Below, one piece after another: positions 9,202-19,303 of a DNA stretch of 64,000 nucleotides. A program made the translations under genes and the position numbers. The notes beneath the pieces are model-generated. The model worked only from the letters and a program-made list of their open reading frames with translations, was not told where the DNA came from and did not search any database. Source of the DNA: a virus (lineage: Duplodnaviria; Caudoviricetes); IMG/VR virus record IMGVR_UViG_2643221950_000002, positions 32,001-96,000 of that record. One strand, 5' to 3'. The number at the start of each line of letters is the position of its first letter. Within the stretch, counting starts at the first letter, position 1.

Positions 9202-10014
9202 TTGTTCGTATCGCCAATGTTATTGCATTCGATCAAAGAACCATTCAATGATGATAGTTATATTACAGAGCTTAAATTTGATGGAATAAGACTCATTCTT
9301 TCTAAATTTAATGATCAGATAAAGCTATTCACCCGACATAACAACGAAGTAACAAGCAAATTCCCAGAGCTCTTGGATTTAGATATCCCAAATGGTACAG
9401 TTCTCGATGGTGAAGTTATTGTTGCTGCTCGAGATGGCGCTGCTGATTTTGAGGCTATGATGGAACGCTTTATGTCCAAAAAATCAGATCATAGTATTGT
9501 TTACTGTGTCTTTGATGTTATTTTTAAAGATGGCGATTCTATAGCAGCTAAACCGCTCAGTGAGCGTAAGAACCTTCTGTATTCACTTAATCTGATTCAC
9601 CCAAACGTTTATGTAATCGAAGGCATTAAAGGTAATGCATCCGAATGTTTTAATCTGACTAAAGAAAAGAACTTAGAGGGAATTGTACTCAAAAGAGCTG
9701 ACTCTCCTTATGAAATAAATAAACGGTCTCGTAATTGGCTTAAAGTCATTAATTATGAATACACTGAAGTTCTCATTACGGGCTATACAAAAGAAGATAT
9801 GAAATTTCTTCTTTCCTATCCAGATGGATCATCAGCTGGATTTATGGAATTCATGCCACGTGAAGAACGAAGTAAATTCCACTCTATGAAACAAGTAAAG
9901 TCCGAATCTGACGAATATGTAATTATTGATCCTATTTCATGTAAGGTAAAGCACAAATTTAAAACCAAGAACGGAAAGCTCCGTATACCATCCTTCGAAT
10001 CATGGGGAGTTTAA
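9202..10014 (+). CDS. ligB: ATP-dependent DNA ligase
   Basis: ELKFDGIR adenylation motif, LDGEV, VFDV, EGIVLK, WLKV; TTG start after GGAGGTG. Confidence 0.92.
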   Translation: MFVSPMLLHSIKEPFNDDSYITELKFDGIRLILSKFNDQIKLFTRHNNEVTSKFPELLDLDIPNGTVLDGEVIVAARDGAADFEAMMERFMSKKSDHSIVYCVFDVIFKDGDSIAAKPLSERKNLLYSLNLIHPNVYVIEGIKGNASECFNLTKEKNLEGIVLKRADSPYEINKRSRNWLKVINYEYTEVLITGYTKEDMKFLLSYPDGSSAGFMEFMPREERSKFHSMKQVKSESDEYVIIDPISCKVKHKFKTKNGKLRIPSFESWGV

Positions 10015-10048
10015 TCTCTCCGTTACATAACTCCTTAAAAACTATCTT

Positions 10049-10450
10049 TTATTTGAAATATTGCACAACTCCATCACCCTCAAAATTAAATGGCTCTGGC
10101 GGCGGAGTTGATCCTAATAAGGCATATGATTTTTGTCGCATTTGTTTAAATGCTATTGATAAATTTTTCGATTTCATTAATTTTTCAAGTAACTGTTCCC
10201 CTATTTGCTCTAATATTTTCATAGACTCATTTTTAGTCATGCCCATTTTAGGTATCGGTAAGTCCATAACTAATGCTCCTGTTGTTACCTCTGAAACCTT
10301 CAAGGTATCATCTATTGGTGTCACACAAAAACTATATCCTCCGACCATCACTTCGTGACCAACTGCTTGTTTCCAATGATTTTTGAAATTTAAGCTGAAA
10401 CGCTTCAAATTAGCATCAACTATAATTTTTTCACATTCCAATCTTCTCAT
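10049..10450 (-). CDS. hypothetical protein (YoqU position)
   Basis: 133 aa, AGGAGG RBS, convergent with ligB. Confidence 0.7.
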   Translation of the reverse strand: MRRLECEKIIVDANLKRFSLNFKNHWKQAVGHEVMVGGYSFCVTPIDDTLKVSEVTTGALVMDLPIPKMGMTKNESMKILEQIGEQLLEKLMKSKNLSIAFKQMRQKSYALLGSTPPPEPFNFEGDGVVQYFK

Positions 10451-10473
10451 CCTCCTTAAATTGATATCTTCTT

Positions 10474-10809
10474 TTACCTAATGCCAAAACTCCGCATCGC
10501 TTGTCTCTCTCCTGATGATCTGTATCCCCATTCTTTCTCTTGCAGCTTATCTTCTTCTTTTCGCATTATTTTAATGCAAGCTTGACACGCTTTTTTCCCG
10601 CCACCGTATTTAAACCCTACATGTCCGCCGTGTACAGAATGAAAAGCTTGAGTTTCCCCACAAAAAGAACACTGTTTCGGCTTATCAATAAAATCCCCTT
10701 GTTCATTCTTTATTTTTTTGCTTCTAAACGCCATATTTATGATACACCCCTCTCTACCACTAGCTTTATTTAAATGAAACCCATTCTTCATCTTCTTCAT
10801 AAGTTTCAT
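10474..10809 (-). CDS. Cys-containing hypothetical protein (CSFC...CQAC); real start probably MAFRSKK
   Basis: Two CxxC pairs. Confidence 0.55.
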   Translation of the reverse strand: MKLMKKMKNGFHLNKASGREGCIINMAFRSKKIKNEQGDFIDKPKQCSFCGETQAFHSVHGGHVGFKYGGGKKACQACIKIMRKEEDKLQEKEWGYRSSGERQAMRSFGIR

Positions 10810-10984
10810 CTACATTCAATAGTATTGAATCATTTGCCCAGTCGACATGAATAATAACGGCATCACGATTTTTATATGTAATTACTGCTCCAATTAGTTC
10901 AGTTTTTAACTCATTAATTTGCTCTTGCAATCTCTGTATTTTTTCTTGTGTGTCTTTTAGCCGAGATATGATATTAGAATCCAT
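10766..10984 (-). CDS. hypothetical protein
   Basis: 72 aa, AGAGGAG RBS. Confidence 0.6.
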   Translation of the reverse strand: MDSNIISRLKDTQEKIQRLQEQINELKTELIGAVITYKNRDAVIIHVDWANDSILLNVDETYEEDEEWVSFK

Positions 10985-11201
10985 TTTCGCTCCTCTTTCT
11001 GCTTAAAATCACGATTTCATCTAAATTGATAACCAGAGTGTCTATCATTCATCATGATTTTAATCAATTTGTTATTTCTCATTTCCTCTTTCTCTTTAAG
11101 AATGGCCTCTTCATTAGCTGCTAGCTTCATTTTCAACTTAACGTTTTCTTTAATCAATTTCTTCATATTGCTCATATGTATTATCTCCCTCAAGATGTAT
11201 G

Positions 11202-11393
11202 TTATTTATATTCAAATAATATCCCTTCATCAGTCTTTGGTATCTGTGAGCATTCATTTGAATTTGGTTTATAACCAACATAAATGAATTCTTTATCTTC
11301 GTTTAGGATTTCGTATGCATTGTTCTTTTTAAACACTGGGTTGTTCGAATCGTCTGCAAAAGCTATGTCTTTCTTAAAGATTACTGAGTCCAT
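11202..11393 (-). CDS. hypothetical protein
   Basis: MDSVIFKK... after AGGATGGTG. Confidence 0.5.
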   Translation of the reverse strand: MDSVIFKKDIAFADDSNNPVFKKNNAYEILNEDKEFIYVGYKPNSNECSQIPKTDEGILFEYK

Positions 11394-11545
11394 GCCTTTC
11401 ACCATCCTTCTTAATTTGCCTATGGGCGATATATGAGTTCCAGGTGCAGTTCTCAAAGATGTTTATGTCTGCTTTGAGATGCATCTTATACCAGATAAGA
11501 TTAAACTTCGCTGTTTTGCATACGTGATATATGTAATTTATCATT

Positions 11546-12190
11546 CTAACTGTTAGCACGCTCATTTCCTTTAATGATCTTCTTGATATCTTCGATCTTG
11601 CATACTACATCAATTACATCAAATTTGTAGGCTTCTTCATCTGTAAAACGAAATTGTTCAGCAGCTTTTTCTAGGTAACTCAACGCTTTAAAATTCCTAA
11701 GAATGTAATTTGTTTCTGAGTCTTTTCTTTTAAGGAGTGTATCCAGAATGATTTCATTCAGTCCTTCAACTTGGAACTCTCTAATATTTAAGACATCTAG
11801 GTATGTTGAGTTTGAACACCATTTCTCCCACACTTCATAAAGATCGAGAGGATAATTTAAAATAAAACTTTTAGGTTTATTTTGCAATTGCTTGTCTTCG
11901 AATTTCTCAGATATAATTTCTCTAATTTCTTTTTGATGCAGCTCTGTTTCTTCTATTCCTGTCAATTCTACAGCTTTGAACAGCAAGTGAGCCAATAATA
12001 ACTCAAATTTGTTTGGTGGAATACTTGATTCTACAGCAACTATGTCTTCCTTCGGATTAATATCATACTGATGATAAATGGAATATGTGTAAACATGATT
12101 TGAAAAAAGCGTTTCTGCTTTAGAAAATACTGATTTAATATAGTTTTTGTTCATATTATTAATCTCCTTTTTGTTTTTTAGTCTTCCCAC
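11546..12190 (-). CDS. hypothetical protein
   Basis: About 200 aa; likely start MNKNYIK after AAGGAG. Confidence 0.7.
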   Translation of the reverse strand: MGRLKNKKEINNMNKNYIKSVFSKAETLFSNHVYTYSIYHQYDINPKEDIVAVESSIPPNKFELLLAHLLFKAVELTGIEETELHQKEIREIISEKFEDKQLQNKPKSFILNYPLDLYEVWEKWCSNSTYLDVLNIREFQVEGLNEIILDTLLKRKDSETNYILRNFKALSYLEKAAEQFRFTDEEAYKFDVIDVVCKIEDIKKIIKGNERANS

Positions 12191-12372
12191 TCAGAATCAT
12201 CAAACGGTTCTAAATCAGCCGTACTTTCCCATCCTTTAATAAAAATAGTTTCATTATCTTTATGTTTTAAAAGATAATCTGCCAACTCCTCTGGAGTTCT
12301 AATTGATGTTTTTTCATCGATAATGTCTAAAATAATATCTCTGGCCATTAAGTTTGTTACAACTGTTTTCAT
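12178..12372 (-). CDS. hypothetical protein
   Basis: 64 aa, GGAGGGG RBS. Confidence 0.6.
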   Translation of the reverse strand: MKTVVTNLMARDIILDIIDEKTSIRTPEELADYLLKHKDNETIFIKGWESTADLEPFDDSEWED

Positions 12373-12638
12373 GCTTCCCCTCCCAATTCCTTCGAAATAA
12401 TCCTTTTATTAAAAACCTGTGCTTTTTTTAAATCATATGTTGATTTACAGTAACCCTATCAATCAACCAAAATTCTAATAGCTCTTCTTTCGTCTTGTTT
12501 GATCTTACATAAGCAATGTGGGGCAGTGCTCGGCTTGCTCCAAAAACTTCTACATCAATTTCTCTGAGTTCGGATAAAACTTGTTCACTCAAATTCTCAG
12601 TTAATCCTAGAATATATTCTTTAATAATTTTCTCCTCC

Positions 12639-13313
12639 TCAACTCGGTGTATAGTAAATGTCTAATTGAAAATCATATTGCGGATACAGTCTCCAAATTT
12701 CATGGCCTAAATATCTATTCTGAGCATAGTATAAGCAGTTTGATGTACCGCTCCTGCTCCCATCATAAATCGCTACAATACTCTTACTGTGATCCACCAT
12801 GTACTCATTTCTTCTACTTAGTTTTGCGACTGAATATTCTCCAATAGGAACTGAACCATCTTTGTAATTTTCAGTTTCATCAACCTTGATTACTTCATCT
12901 GCTTTATCAAGCATCTTTCTATACCAGGCCTGTTGCTCTGTTGACCATTTCTTATCCTGATTTTCAAAAGGCACCGCAACAATATTTTTGATATGAGGGT
13001 ACTTTTCTTTCAAAATATGTACACACCAGAATGCAGCAGTGTCAGCACCTAAAGCTCCACCAGTTATAAATCGTTCGCTTTCATTCTCTACAATCAATAT
13101 TTCAATCACTTCGAGAAGCTTTTCTTTTAGCTTCAACATTGTTGGGTTTTTCATGTCATACCCACCCAATTTTTGTGGACGATGACCTGTGAAGCACACT
13201 GTTTTATGTCTTATTTTTTCACTTTCTTCAAAGATGCGTAGTTCTTCTTCTCTTTTTTCCCTTTGCTTCTTTATCCACTCTGGATCAGAAAACTTTTTAA
13301 AATCAATAGCCAA
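12639..13313 (-). CDS. SLOG-family (YspA/DUF1273, YoqJ-like) protein
   Basis: VCFTGHRP, FITGGALGAD, RNEYMVD and YDGSRSGT motifs. Confidence 0.85.
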   Translation of the reverse strand: MAIDFKKFSDPEWIKKQREKREEELRIFEESEKIRHKTVCFTGHRPQKLGGYDMKNPTMLKLKEKLLEVIEILIVENESERFITGGALGADTAAFWCVHILKEKYPHIKNIVAVPFENQDKKWSTEQQAWYRKMLDKADEVIKVDETENYKDGSVPIGEYSVAKLSRRNEYMVDHSKSIVAIYDGSRSGTSNCLYYAQNRYLGHEIWRLYPQYDFQLDIYYTPS

Positions 13314-13348
13314 TTGACCAACCCCTTTCTTTTAAAACAGTCTTTTTA

Positions 13349-13942
13349 TCACAAATCATTTAAGCTTTCCTTCAATTTATTTACCCACTCATTCCTCTTG
13401 TTCACTTTATCAATTTCTTCTTGATGCATTTTTTTGTACCGATCGATATTTTCATTCGACATATTAATTCGCATTTCTAAATACTCTTTTGGATCCTCCT
13501 TAACTACTGTTCTTGAAAATCCTTCGCAATCAGCTTTTATACTTTGTTTTAATTGGTCTATTGCGAATTCTTTAAGATTGAAATGTTCTGAAGTAGGAGG
13601 ATTCCACTTTTCTACTCCATTTAATGTGTCATTGTATCGTTTTAGCCGATGCTTCCGCTCTTCGATCTCCTTATTATGTTGAACCAACTTATTTTGGTAT
13701 TGATTCTCCACTTCTATAGATGCTTCCTCCAGTGACATATTCAGATATCTATCCAATCGTTTTAATTCGGAGTTAAGTGCTCTTTCATAAAAATTACTAG
13801 GCTTAAATTCAGGTATTTCAGCGGATAATGGTTCTTCTCTCATCGATACTGTTGCTCCAAACGCTCTTGCACATGTAATTAAATAATCTTTTGGAGACAC
13901 AGATTCTCCATTGTAAATTTCACTTGTATATCCTGTCGGCAT
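13349..13942 (-). CDS. conserved phage protein (MPTGYT N-terminus)
   Basis: 197 aa coiled-coil. Confidence 0.75.
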   Translation of the reverse strand: MPTGYTSEIYNGESVSPKDYLITCARAFGATVSMREEPLSAEIPEFKPSNFYERALNSELKRLDRYLNMSLEEASIEVENQYQNKLVQHNKEIEERKHRLKRYNDTLNGVEKWNPPTSEHFNLKEFAIDQLKQSIKADCEGFSRTVVKEDPKEYLEMRINMSNENIDRYKKMHQEEIDKVNKRNEWVNKLKESLNDL

Positions 13943-13990
13943 AATTTAATACTTCCCTTCTTTAATAAAAGAGTTTGCTAGGGAATCCCC

Positions 13991-14401
13991 CTAGCACCGC
14001 ACTGCATAATAATCTATTGTGCATGTTAAAGAGTCTTCATTAAATTGATTGATTCTTAGAACATCATCTTCTACGTTTTTGTACTTTTCGACTATACTTT
14101 CAATTCTTAATTTGAGAAGAGGTGGCGATTCCATTCTTAGATGATTTTCACCTTTAACATATTCTTTACTAACATTCTTTAAGTACGCTGCGCTTATTTT
14201 TCCATTCTTGCTGTAATGTTTTAGATAATACAAACATATAAAAGCATAGAATTTCTCAACATCAGCAGGGAATTCATTCAAATCAATTTTAATGACACGC
14301 TTTTCATCTAAAAGCACCTCGTATCTAATCAATTCTGAATGTTGCCCTTTTCCAAAATCATTTTTCAGATATACTGCATTATATTCATTCTTATTTGTCA
14401 T
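13991..14401 (-). CDS. hypothetical protein
   Basis: 136 aa, GGAGGT RBS. Confidence 0.65.
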   Translation of the reverse strand: MTNKNEYNAVYLKNDFGKGQHSELIRYEVLLDEKRVIKIDLNEFPADVEKFYAFICLYYLKHYSKNGKISAAYLKNVSKEYVKGENHLRMESPPLLKLRIESIVEKYKNVEDDVLRINQFNEDSLTCTIDYYAVRC

Positions 14402-14476
14402 TGTATTGACCTCCTATAATTTTATAGGCTGAATATAAGCTGTTATTCATTCTGTTGTCAATATGTAATTTTTATT

Positions 14477-14725
14477 TTAATCTAATTCCCTCATATCATC
14501 TCTCTGTTTGATATATCGTCTGAATTCTTCCCATTCTATCTCTATTTCTTTTATGCTGTTGCTTATGTAATTTTCTGCGATTTCGGAATCAATACCTTCT
14601 TCCACTGACAACTGATACATAAATTCAATTTTTGCTATTTTATCTGAAAAAGATTTCATATAATTTTTTGCTTGGTTTAAACGATACTGACTTAATCCAT
14701 GCTTCGCCTTGTCTCCAATAATCAT
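14477..14725 (-). CDS. hypothetical protein
   Basis: 82 aa, AAGGAG RBS. Confidence 0.65.
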   Translation of the reverse strand: MIIGDKAKHGLSQYRLNQAKNYMKSFSDKIAKIEFMYQLSVEEGIDSEIAENYISNSIKEIEIEWEEFRRYIKQRDDMRELD

Positions 14726-14961
14726 GCGTTTATCTCCTTTGTATTGACTTCATCAAGATATTCAAACTTTTGCCATTGCTCAAGTAAATGTATGGCAATG
14801 CTTCGAACAGTATCTATCATCTCTTTCTTTTCCAAATTGTTAATATGTACATTCCAATCATTAGAAATCTTCAGAAGCTGTTGCCCTGCATTCTTGGTGT
14901 TATATTCAAGTGCCTGTATTAACTCTTTTTTATGCAAATAATCACTCCCTTTAAAATGCAT
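14722..14961 (-). CDS. hypothetical protein
   Basis: About 70 aa; likely TTG start after GGGAGTG. Confidence 0.55.
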   Translation of the reverse strand: MHFKGSDYLHKKELIQALEYNTKNAGQQLLKISNDWNVHINNLEKKEMIDTVRSIAIHLLEQWQKFEYLDEVNTKEINA

Positions 14962-14971
14962 CTTTTATTTA

Positions 14972-15421
14972 CTATTCAAGCTCATCCATTGCTTTGTTGG
15001 CCAACTCATCTGCCTTTTCATTCCCTGCATCTCCACTATGTCCTTTTACTTTTAAGAATGTGACTGACGCTTGATTATTAACAAGTTCGTTTAATTCCAT
15101 CCAAAGTTCCTTGTTTTCGACTGGTTTCTTGTTTGATTTACGCCAATTGTTTTTAATCCAATTCTTCACCCAACTATTCATGCCGTTAACCACGTATGCA
15201 GAGTCAGCATAAACTTCAATATGTATGTTATTTGTTTTTATGTACTTTAAAGCTTCAATTACTCCTGTCAGTTCCATCACATTGTTAGTTGTGTTTAGCT
15301 TGCCGCCTTTCAATTCAATCTCTTTCCCTTTATATGATAAGACTGCTCCCCAGCCACCAACATTTGTTTCATTTTGATTTCCTCTACAACCGCCATCAGT
15401 GTATACTATTACTTTATCCAT
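14972..15421 (-). CDS. rnhA: ribonuclease HI
   Basis: YTDGGCRGN, TTNNVMEL, DSAYV, KVKGHSG and NEKADELA motifs. Confidence 0.92.
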   Translation of the reverse strand: MDKVIVYTDGGCRGNQNETNVGGWGAVLSYKGKEIELKGGKLNTTNNVMELTGVIEALKYIKTNNIHIEVYADSAYVVNGMNSWVKNWIKNNWRKSNKKPVENKELWMELNELVNNQASVTFLKVKGHSGDAGNEKADELANKAMDELE

Positions 15422-15438
15422 AGCTCTCTCCTCCTTAA

Positions 15439-16647
15439 TTAAACAACAAGTATAAGTTTTTCAGCTGCTCTAGTGATAGCTGTATAAAGCCATCTATGGT
15501 GTGTTTCATGATTTAATACTTCATTTATTACTACAACATTGTCCCATTGAGATCCTTGGGATTTATGACAAGTGATTGCGTACCCAAAGTCAAAACGATT
15601 GTAATCTGACTCTTCCCAGGGAAGCATTTTAAATGTAGGATTGGTTAATGATTCATTTGGAATATAAAGCTCTTTAAAACATTCCTCAGTGAAATCTGGC
15701 CTAAAATCAATAGTCGTTGATTCATGCTTTAGTTCTTTTTGAGTCTCATTTTCTTCATACACCTTATCAACATAACCAGTCATTCCATTCACTAATGCGT
15801 AGTCACTCACAGCTTTTTCCCAATCATTTTTCAAGCAAATCATTTTATCCCCCACCATAGGGTATTTAGATACAAAGCCTAGCAGCTCTCTAATTTCATC
15901 ATTGATATATGACCTTGTTTTGTTATATCCACAAATGATTTGATCAGCAGTTTTATATAGTCTGTTTTTATGTGCTTCCCATGTTACTTTATCAATGACA
16001 ACAACTTCTTTGTTCTCTCCATATGTTCCAGGTGCAATAGCTTGTTTTGTTCTAGCCAGCATAGACAATTTAATAATCGGATTTTCAGCTGCTTGTCTAT
16101 GAATCTCTGTAAGAGTGAAGTCTGGATTGTTGAACATGATCATAAAATCATCAATTCCGTTTTGAGAAACTGGTGGCAATTGTCCTGTATCACCAATAAA
16201 CAAAATTTTGATGCCAAACGATTTTAGGTCTTTCATTATCTTTCCATCCACCATTGAAGCTTCATCAATCACTATCAGTTTTAAATGAGATAACTCATCT
16301 TTAGATTTTTTCTCAGAATGTAAGTCACCATTTCTATCTGTTCTCACGTTATAAATAAGTTTATGTATTGTACTCGCTGCATACTTTCCATTTGCTTTTC
16401 TTGTTACTACCAAGGACGCTTTACCTGTATAACAAGCAAATGCCACTTCACTATCTTTCAATCGCATTGTTTTAATTATGTACTCAACCAATGTTGTTTT
16501 TCCTGTTCCAGCATACCCTGCCAGGAAAAATGATTTCTTTTTTGAATTCTTAAACCTGTCTTCAATAATCCTTACAGCTTCTTGTTGCATCTCTGATAAC
16601 TCAAATTTCTTAGTCGATATACTCTCCTCCTTCATAATGTTCAACAA
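15439..16647 (-). CDS. RecD/Dda-like SF1B DNA helicase
   Basis: AGYAGTGKT, IDEASM, GDTGQLPPV, TCHKSQGSQW and YTAITRA motifs. Confidence 0.9.
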   Translation of the reverse strand: MLNIMKEESISTKKFELSEMQQEAVRIIEDRFKNSKKKSFFLAGYAGTGKTTLVEYIIKTMRLKDSEVAFACYTGKASLVVTRKANGKYAASTIHKLIYNVRTDRNGDLHSEKKSKDELSHLKLIVIDEASMVDGKIMKDLKSFGIKILFIGDTGQLPPVSQNGIDDFMIMFNNPDFTLTEIHRQAAENPIIKLSMLARTKQAIAPGTYGENKEVVVIDKVTWEAHKNRLYKTADQIICGYNKTRSYINDEIRELLGFVSKYPMVGDKMICLKNDWEKAVSDYALVNGMTGYVDKVYEENETQKELKHESTTIDFRPDFTEECFKELYIPNESLTNPTFKMLPWEESDYNRFDFGYAITCHKSQGSQWDNVVVINEVLNHETHHRWLYTAITRAAEKLILVV

Positions 16648-16879
16648 TTACTTTCCCCTTATTTACAAAGAAATGATCACCGTTATCTAAATGAATCCAG
16701 AATGCTTTCTCTGGCTCTTCACGATAGTCATAGATAAAATATACCTTAGCGCCCAAGAAGTCCTCCACACTATCTCCAATGGAATATGAGACACCATCAT
16801 CAATAAATCTAATTGACTTAATCAATGTATCCCTACTTTTAGCTTCACCCTTTTTAATGTGAAACATTTCAGATATCAT
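16610..16879 (-). CDS. hypothetical protein (may extend upstream to a non-canonical start)
   Basis: 89 aa; frame stays open upstream to a GGAGGTG RBS near 16950. Confidence 0.55.
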   Translation of the reverse strand: MISEMFHIKKGEAKSRDTLIKSIRFIDDGVSYSIGDSVEDFLGAKVYFIYDYREEPEKAFWIHLDNGDHFFVNKGKVIVEHYEGGEYID

Positions 16880-16968
16880 TTCTTTTAAATGTGTGTAATT
16901 TGTATCTTTAATTTCGAATAAATGATCATTTACGATATAGCATTCACCTCCTAGAGTCTAAATAAAAC

Positions 16969-17139
16969 TTACATTTTATCTTCTTTAGTTGCTGCTTCAT
17001 ATATGTAGAGCAATTCATATCCGTACTCAATTATTGAGTGAATATCTCCAATAGCTTCAGTCTTACCTTTTTCCAAGTTTCTTTTGAAATTAGAAATCGA
17101 ACACTCAATCTTTTCTAACTTTGATTCTAATATTTCCAA
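16969..17139 (-). CDS. 56-aa hypothetical protein
   Basis: Manual: TTG start after AAGGAG, MEILESKLEKIECS...EDKM. Confidence 0.5.
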   Translation of the reverse strand: MEILESKLEKIECSISNFKRNLEKGKTEAIGDIHSIIEYGYELLYIYEAATKEDKM

Positions 17140-17261
17140 TCAGAACTCCTTTCGTAATTATATATGTTATTTGTATTTTAATAGTACGATACTCTTCCTT
17201 TCACTGTCAATAGATAATTGTTATTTTTGTTTCAACATAAAAATAAGAGCATTATTTGCTC

Positions 17262-17459
17262 TTATGACAGCTTATAAATTATTTCATTAATTTTATCCCT
17301 CAGCTGTATTAAGTCTGAGGGATTCATTGTTATTGCAATATTATTGTTTTTCCCTGAAAATATCAGCTCGAAGGTAAACTCCATTTCACTTAGTTTGTCC
17401 ACATTGATTGTTAGATTAATATCCTGGTAGTCTTTTCTTTTGATAATGACATTTGCCAT
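17262..17459 (-). CDS. small hypothetical protein (YopU position)
   Basis: 65 aa, synteny. Confidence 0.55.
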   Translation of the reverse strand: MANVIIKRKDYQDINLTINVDKLSEMEFTFELIFSGKNNNIAITMNPSDLIQLRDKINEIIYKLS

Positions 17460-17533
17460 ATTTAGCTATCTTCTTTCCAATCCAAAAGCAAGTTGCTCGC
17501 AATCTTAGATGTAGGATTTATGTTATTTTAGGT

Positions 17534-17758
17534 TTAATCTATTTCTTCAACATCATCTAATAATGTGATATCCAAACATCCAGTTTCTAATTTTATTTCC
17601 CTGTCACCAATTTTTAATATGATATCTTGTGTTAACTCGAACGGTGAGATTACCAATTCCGCTTTTTTATACGCAGCCTCAGTATTTTCAACATCTTCAA
17701 TTTCTAAGAATGTATCAGCGCTTATAACGAAGCAGGTTCTAAACTTAGCCATACTCAT
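17534..17758 (-). CDS. small hypothetical protein (YopT position)
   Basis: 74 aa, AGGGAG RBS, synteny. Confidence 0.6.
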   Translation of the reverse strand: MSMAKFRTCFVISADTFLEIEDVENTEAAYKKAELVISPFELTQDIILKIGDREIKLETGCLDITLLDDVEEID

Positions 17759-17793
17759 TTCTCCCTATCTGATTAGTCTCCTGCAACATAAAA

Positions 17794-17807
17794 GGAACAT
17801 GTGTTCT
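17794..17807. promoter_or_regulatory. LexA (DinR/Cheo) box
   Basis: GGAACATGTGTTCT matches GAAC-N4-GTTC. Confidence 0.7.
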
Positions 17808-17938
17808 GTTTCTTGTTTTAATTATACATCTTAGCTCTAATATTAGCTACAATATTTTTTTCTTTTTTTATTTCACATTGATTGGTATGATATGTAATAG
17901 AGCTTGTACATTTTAACAACAAAATTGGAGGTTGTCCG

Positions 17939-18157
17939 ATGTTAAATGTAGAGATCGGGCAATGTCATATTCCTAAACTGCTAAAGGAAAAAAACTGGAC
18001 ACAGGCTGATTTGGCAAGAGCCACTGGCCTGACACCGCAAACCATCTTCCAAATAATCAATCAACCTGTAGACATCCGTATTAAAACAGCAGCTAAGATC
18101 GCTATGGCATTAGGCTGCAGGATTGACGATTTGTTCGAGTTTAGGATAAGACATTGA
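17939..18157 (+). CDS. XRE-family HTH regulator (YopS-like)
   Basis: WTQADLARATGLTPQTI HTH; convergent with yopR. Confidence 0.85.
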   Translation: MLNVEIGQCHIPKLLKEKNWTQADLARATGLTPQTIFQIINQPVDIRIKTAAKIAMALGCRIDDLFEFRIRH

Positions 18158-18311
18158 TTAACTGAGACAATGGTCTCAGTGCACCTCCATTATCAGCGAA
18201 TTCACTGATAAGACTATACTACTATAAGCATAACAGGTTGTATACACAATATTTTGTCTTTTTTTGTCGAATAGGGAAATTATTTAGAATTTTTCATAAA
18301 AAGAAGACAAA

Positions 18312-19301
18312 TCATATAGATTTGCCTTCTTCTTTAAGTTCATCTGCGTAATATTTTCTTATGGTTTCCTCATTCATGAATTCTCGTCGGTCTGAGATAA
18401 TTTTTTGATTTAAATCATTTGCCTGAACTTTTCTATCTTCATATATTTCATTAAGAGCTTTTCTGTCCAACTCTCCCCCTTTTAATATTACCTTATAACC
18501 CTCATATAGAAGGCCTGACTTAACTATACCTATAGGTCTTAAAAATGAAAAACCAAAAATTTCTTTAAGGTTTCTAAAAGTAGAACTAACTACAGTTCTC
18601 GAAGCTTGTCCTTGCCCAATTGCATTAGTCTGTTTTGTTTTTATTACATATTCATTATCAACTAAACTTAATGATGGCTTTCTTAGCCCTGGTTTCCCAT
18701 TCAATGGTCTATATTCTGTTTCAAGGTTTGCTTCAAGACAGTCTTGCAAAGTTGCTTTGTCTACTTGTATTGTTCTTTCTCCAAATTTCGAATCATGCAC
18801 AGTAAGCATATTGTTATTATTTAATGCTTTTTCTATGTCACTTCTTTTAAGACTAGTCATTTCACTTGCCTCGTAACCTAATATGCCCTCAAAAAGCAAT
18901 CTAAATAATGCCCTATCTTGAGCATTTATTAACTCTGCACACATTTTTTCTAATTCATTTTTAGTTATATATAATTTTAAAGATGAATCTATACATAACA
19001 ATAGATCATTGGTTTTTATCAACCTAGCTAAATTATTACTACCCTTAGTAACACCATTTGCAATTGACCAATCTATATAGGTTATCATGGTGTATAAGAA
19101 TGTTTCCAAAGATGCAAGAGAAGTTGAGTACATTGCTCTCAGCACATTCAAAATTTCATCTGTTGTAAAATCAAATAAATCTTTATCCCTTATTTCTTCT
19201 TCTTTTTTTGAATGATTAAATAAAAGAGAGGCTTGCTTTTGTAGACTGTCACTACTCAATGTATCTAAATAAGTTTTCTTAAACTCCTCGTTATACCACA
19301 A
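18312..19301 (-). CDS. yopR: integrase-fold master repressor (YopR/SroF/MrpR-like)
   Basis: 329 aa tyrosine-recombinase-like fold lacking clear catalytic motifs; last gene of the post-aimP operon. Confidence 0.75.
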   Translation of the reverse strand: MWYNEEFKKTYLDTLSSDSLQKQASLLFNHSKKEEEIRDKDLFDFTTDEILNVLRAMYSTSLASLETFLYTMITYIDWSIANGVTKGSNNLARLIKTNDLLLCIDSSLKLYITKNELEKMCAELINAQDRALFRLLFEGILGYEASEMTSLKRSDIEKALNNNNMLTVHDSKFGERTIQVDKATLQDCLEANLETEYRPLNGKPGLRKPSLSLVDNEYVIKTKQTNAIGQGQASRTVVSSTFRNLKEIFGFSFLRPIGIVKSGLLYEGYKVILKGGELDRKALNEIYEDRKVQANDLNQKIISDRREFMNEETIRKYYADELKEEGKSI

Positions 19302-19303
19302 AG

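Noticed and set aside
11858-11873. TAAAA-TAAAAC-TTTTA inside a coding region
   Set aside because: Matches the junction motif but is intragenic; could be chance in AT-rich DNA, so it was not counted
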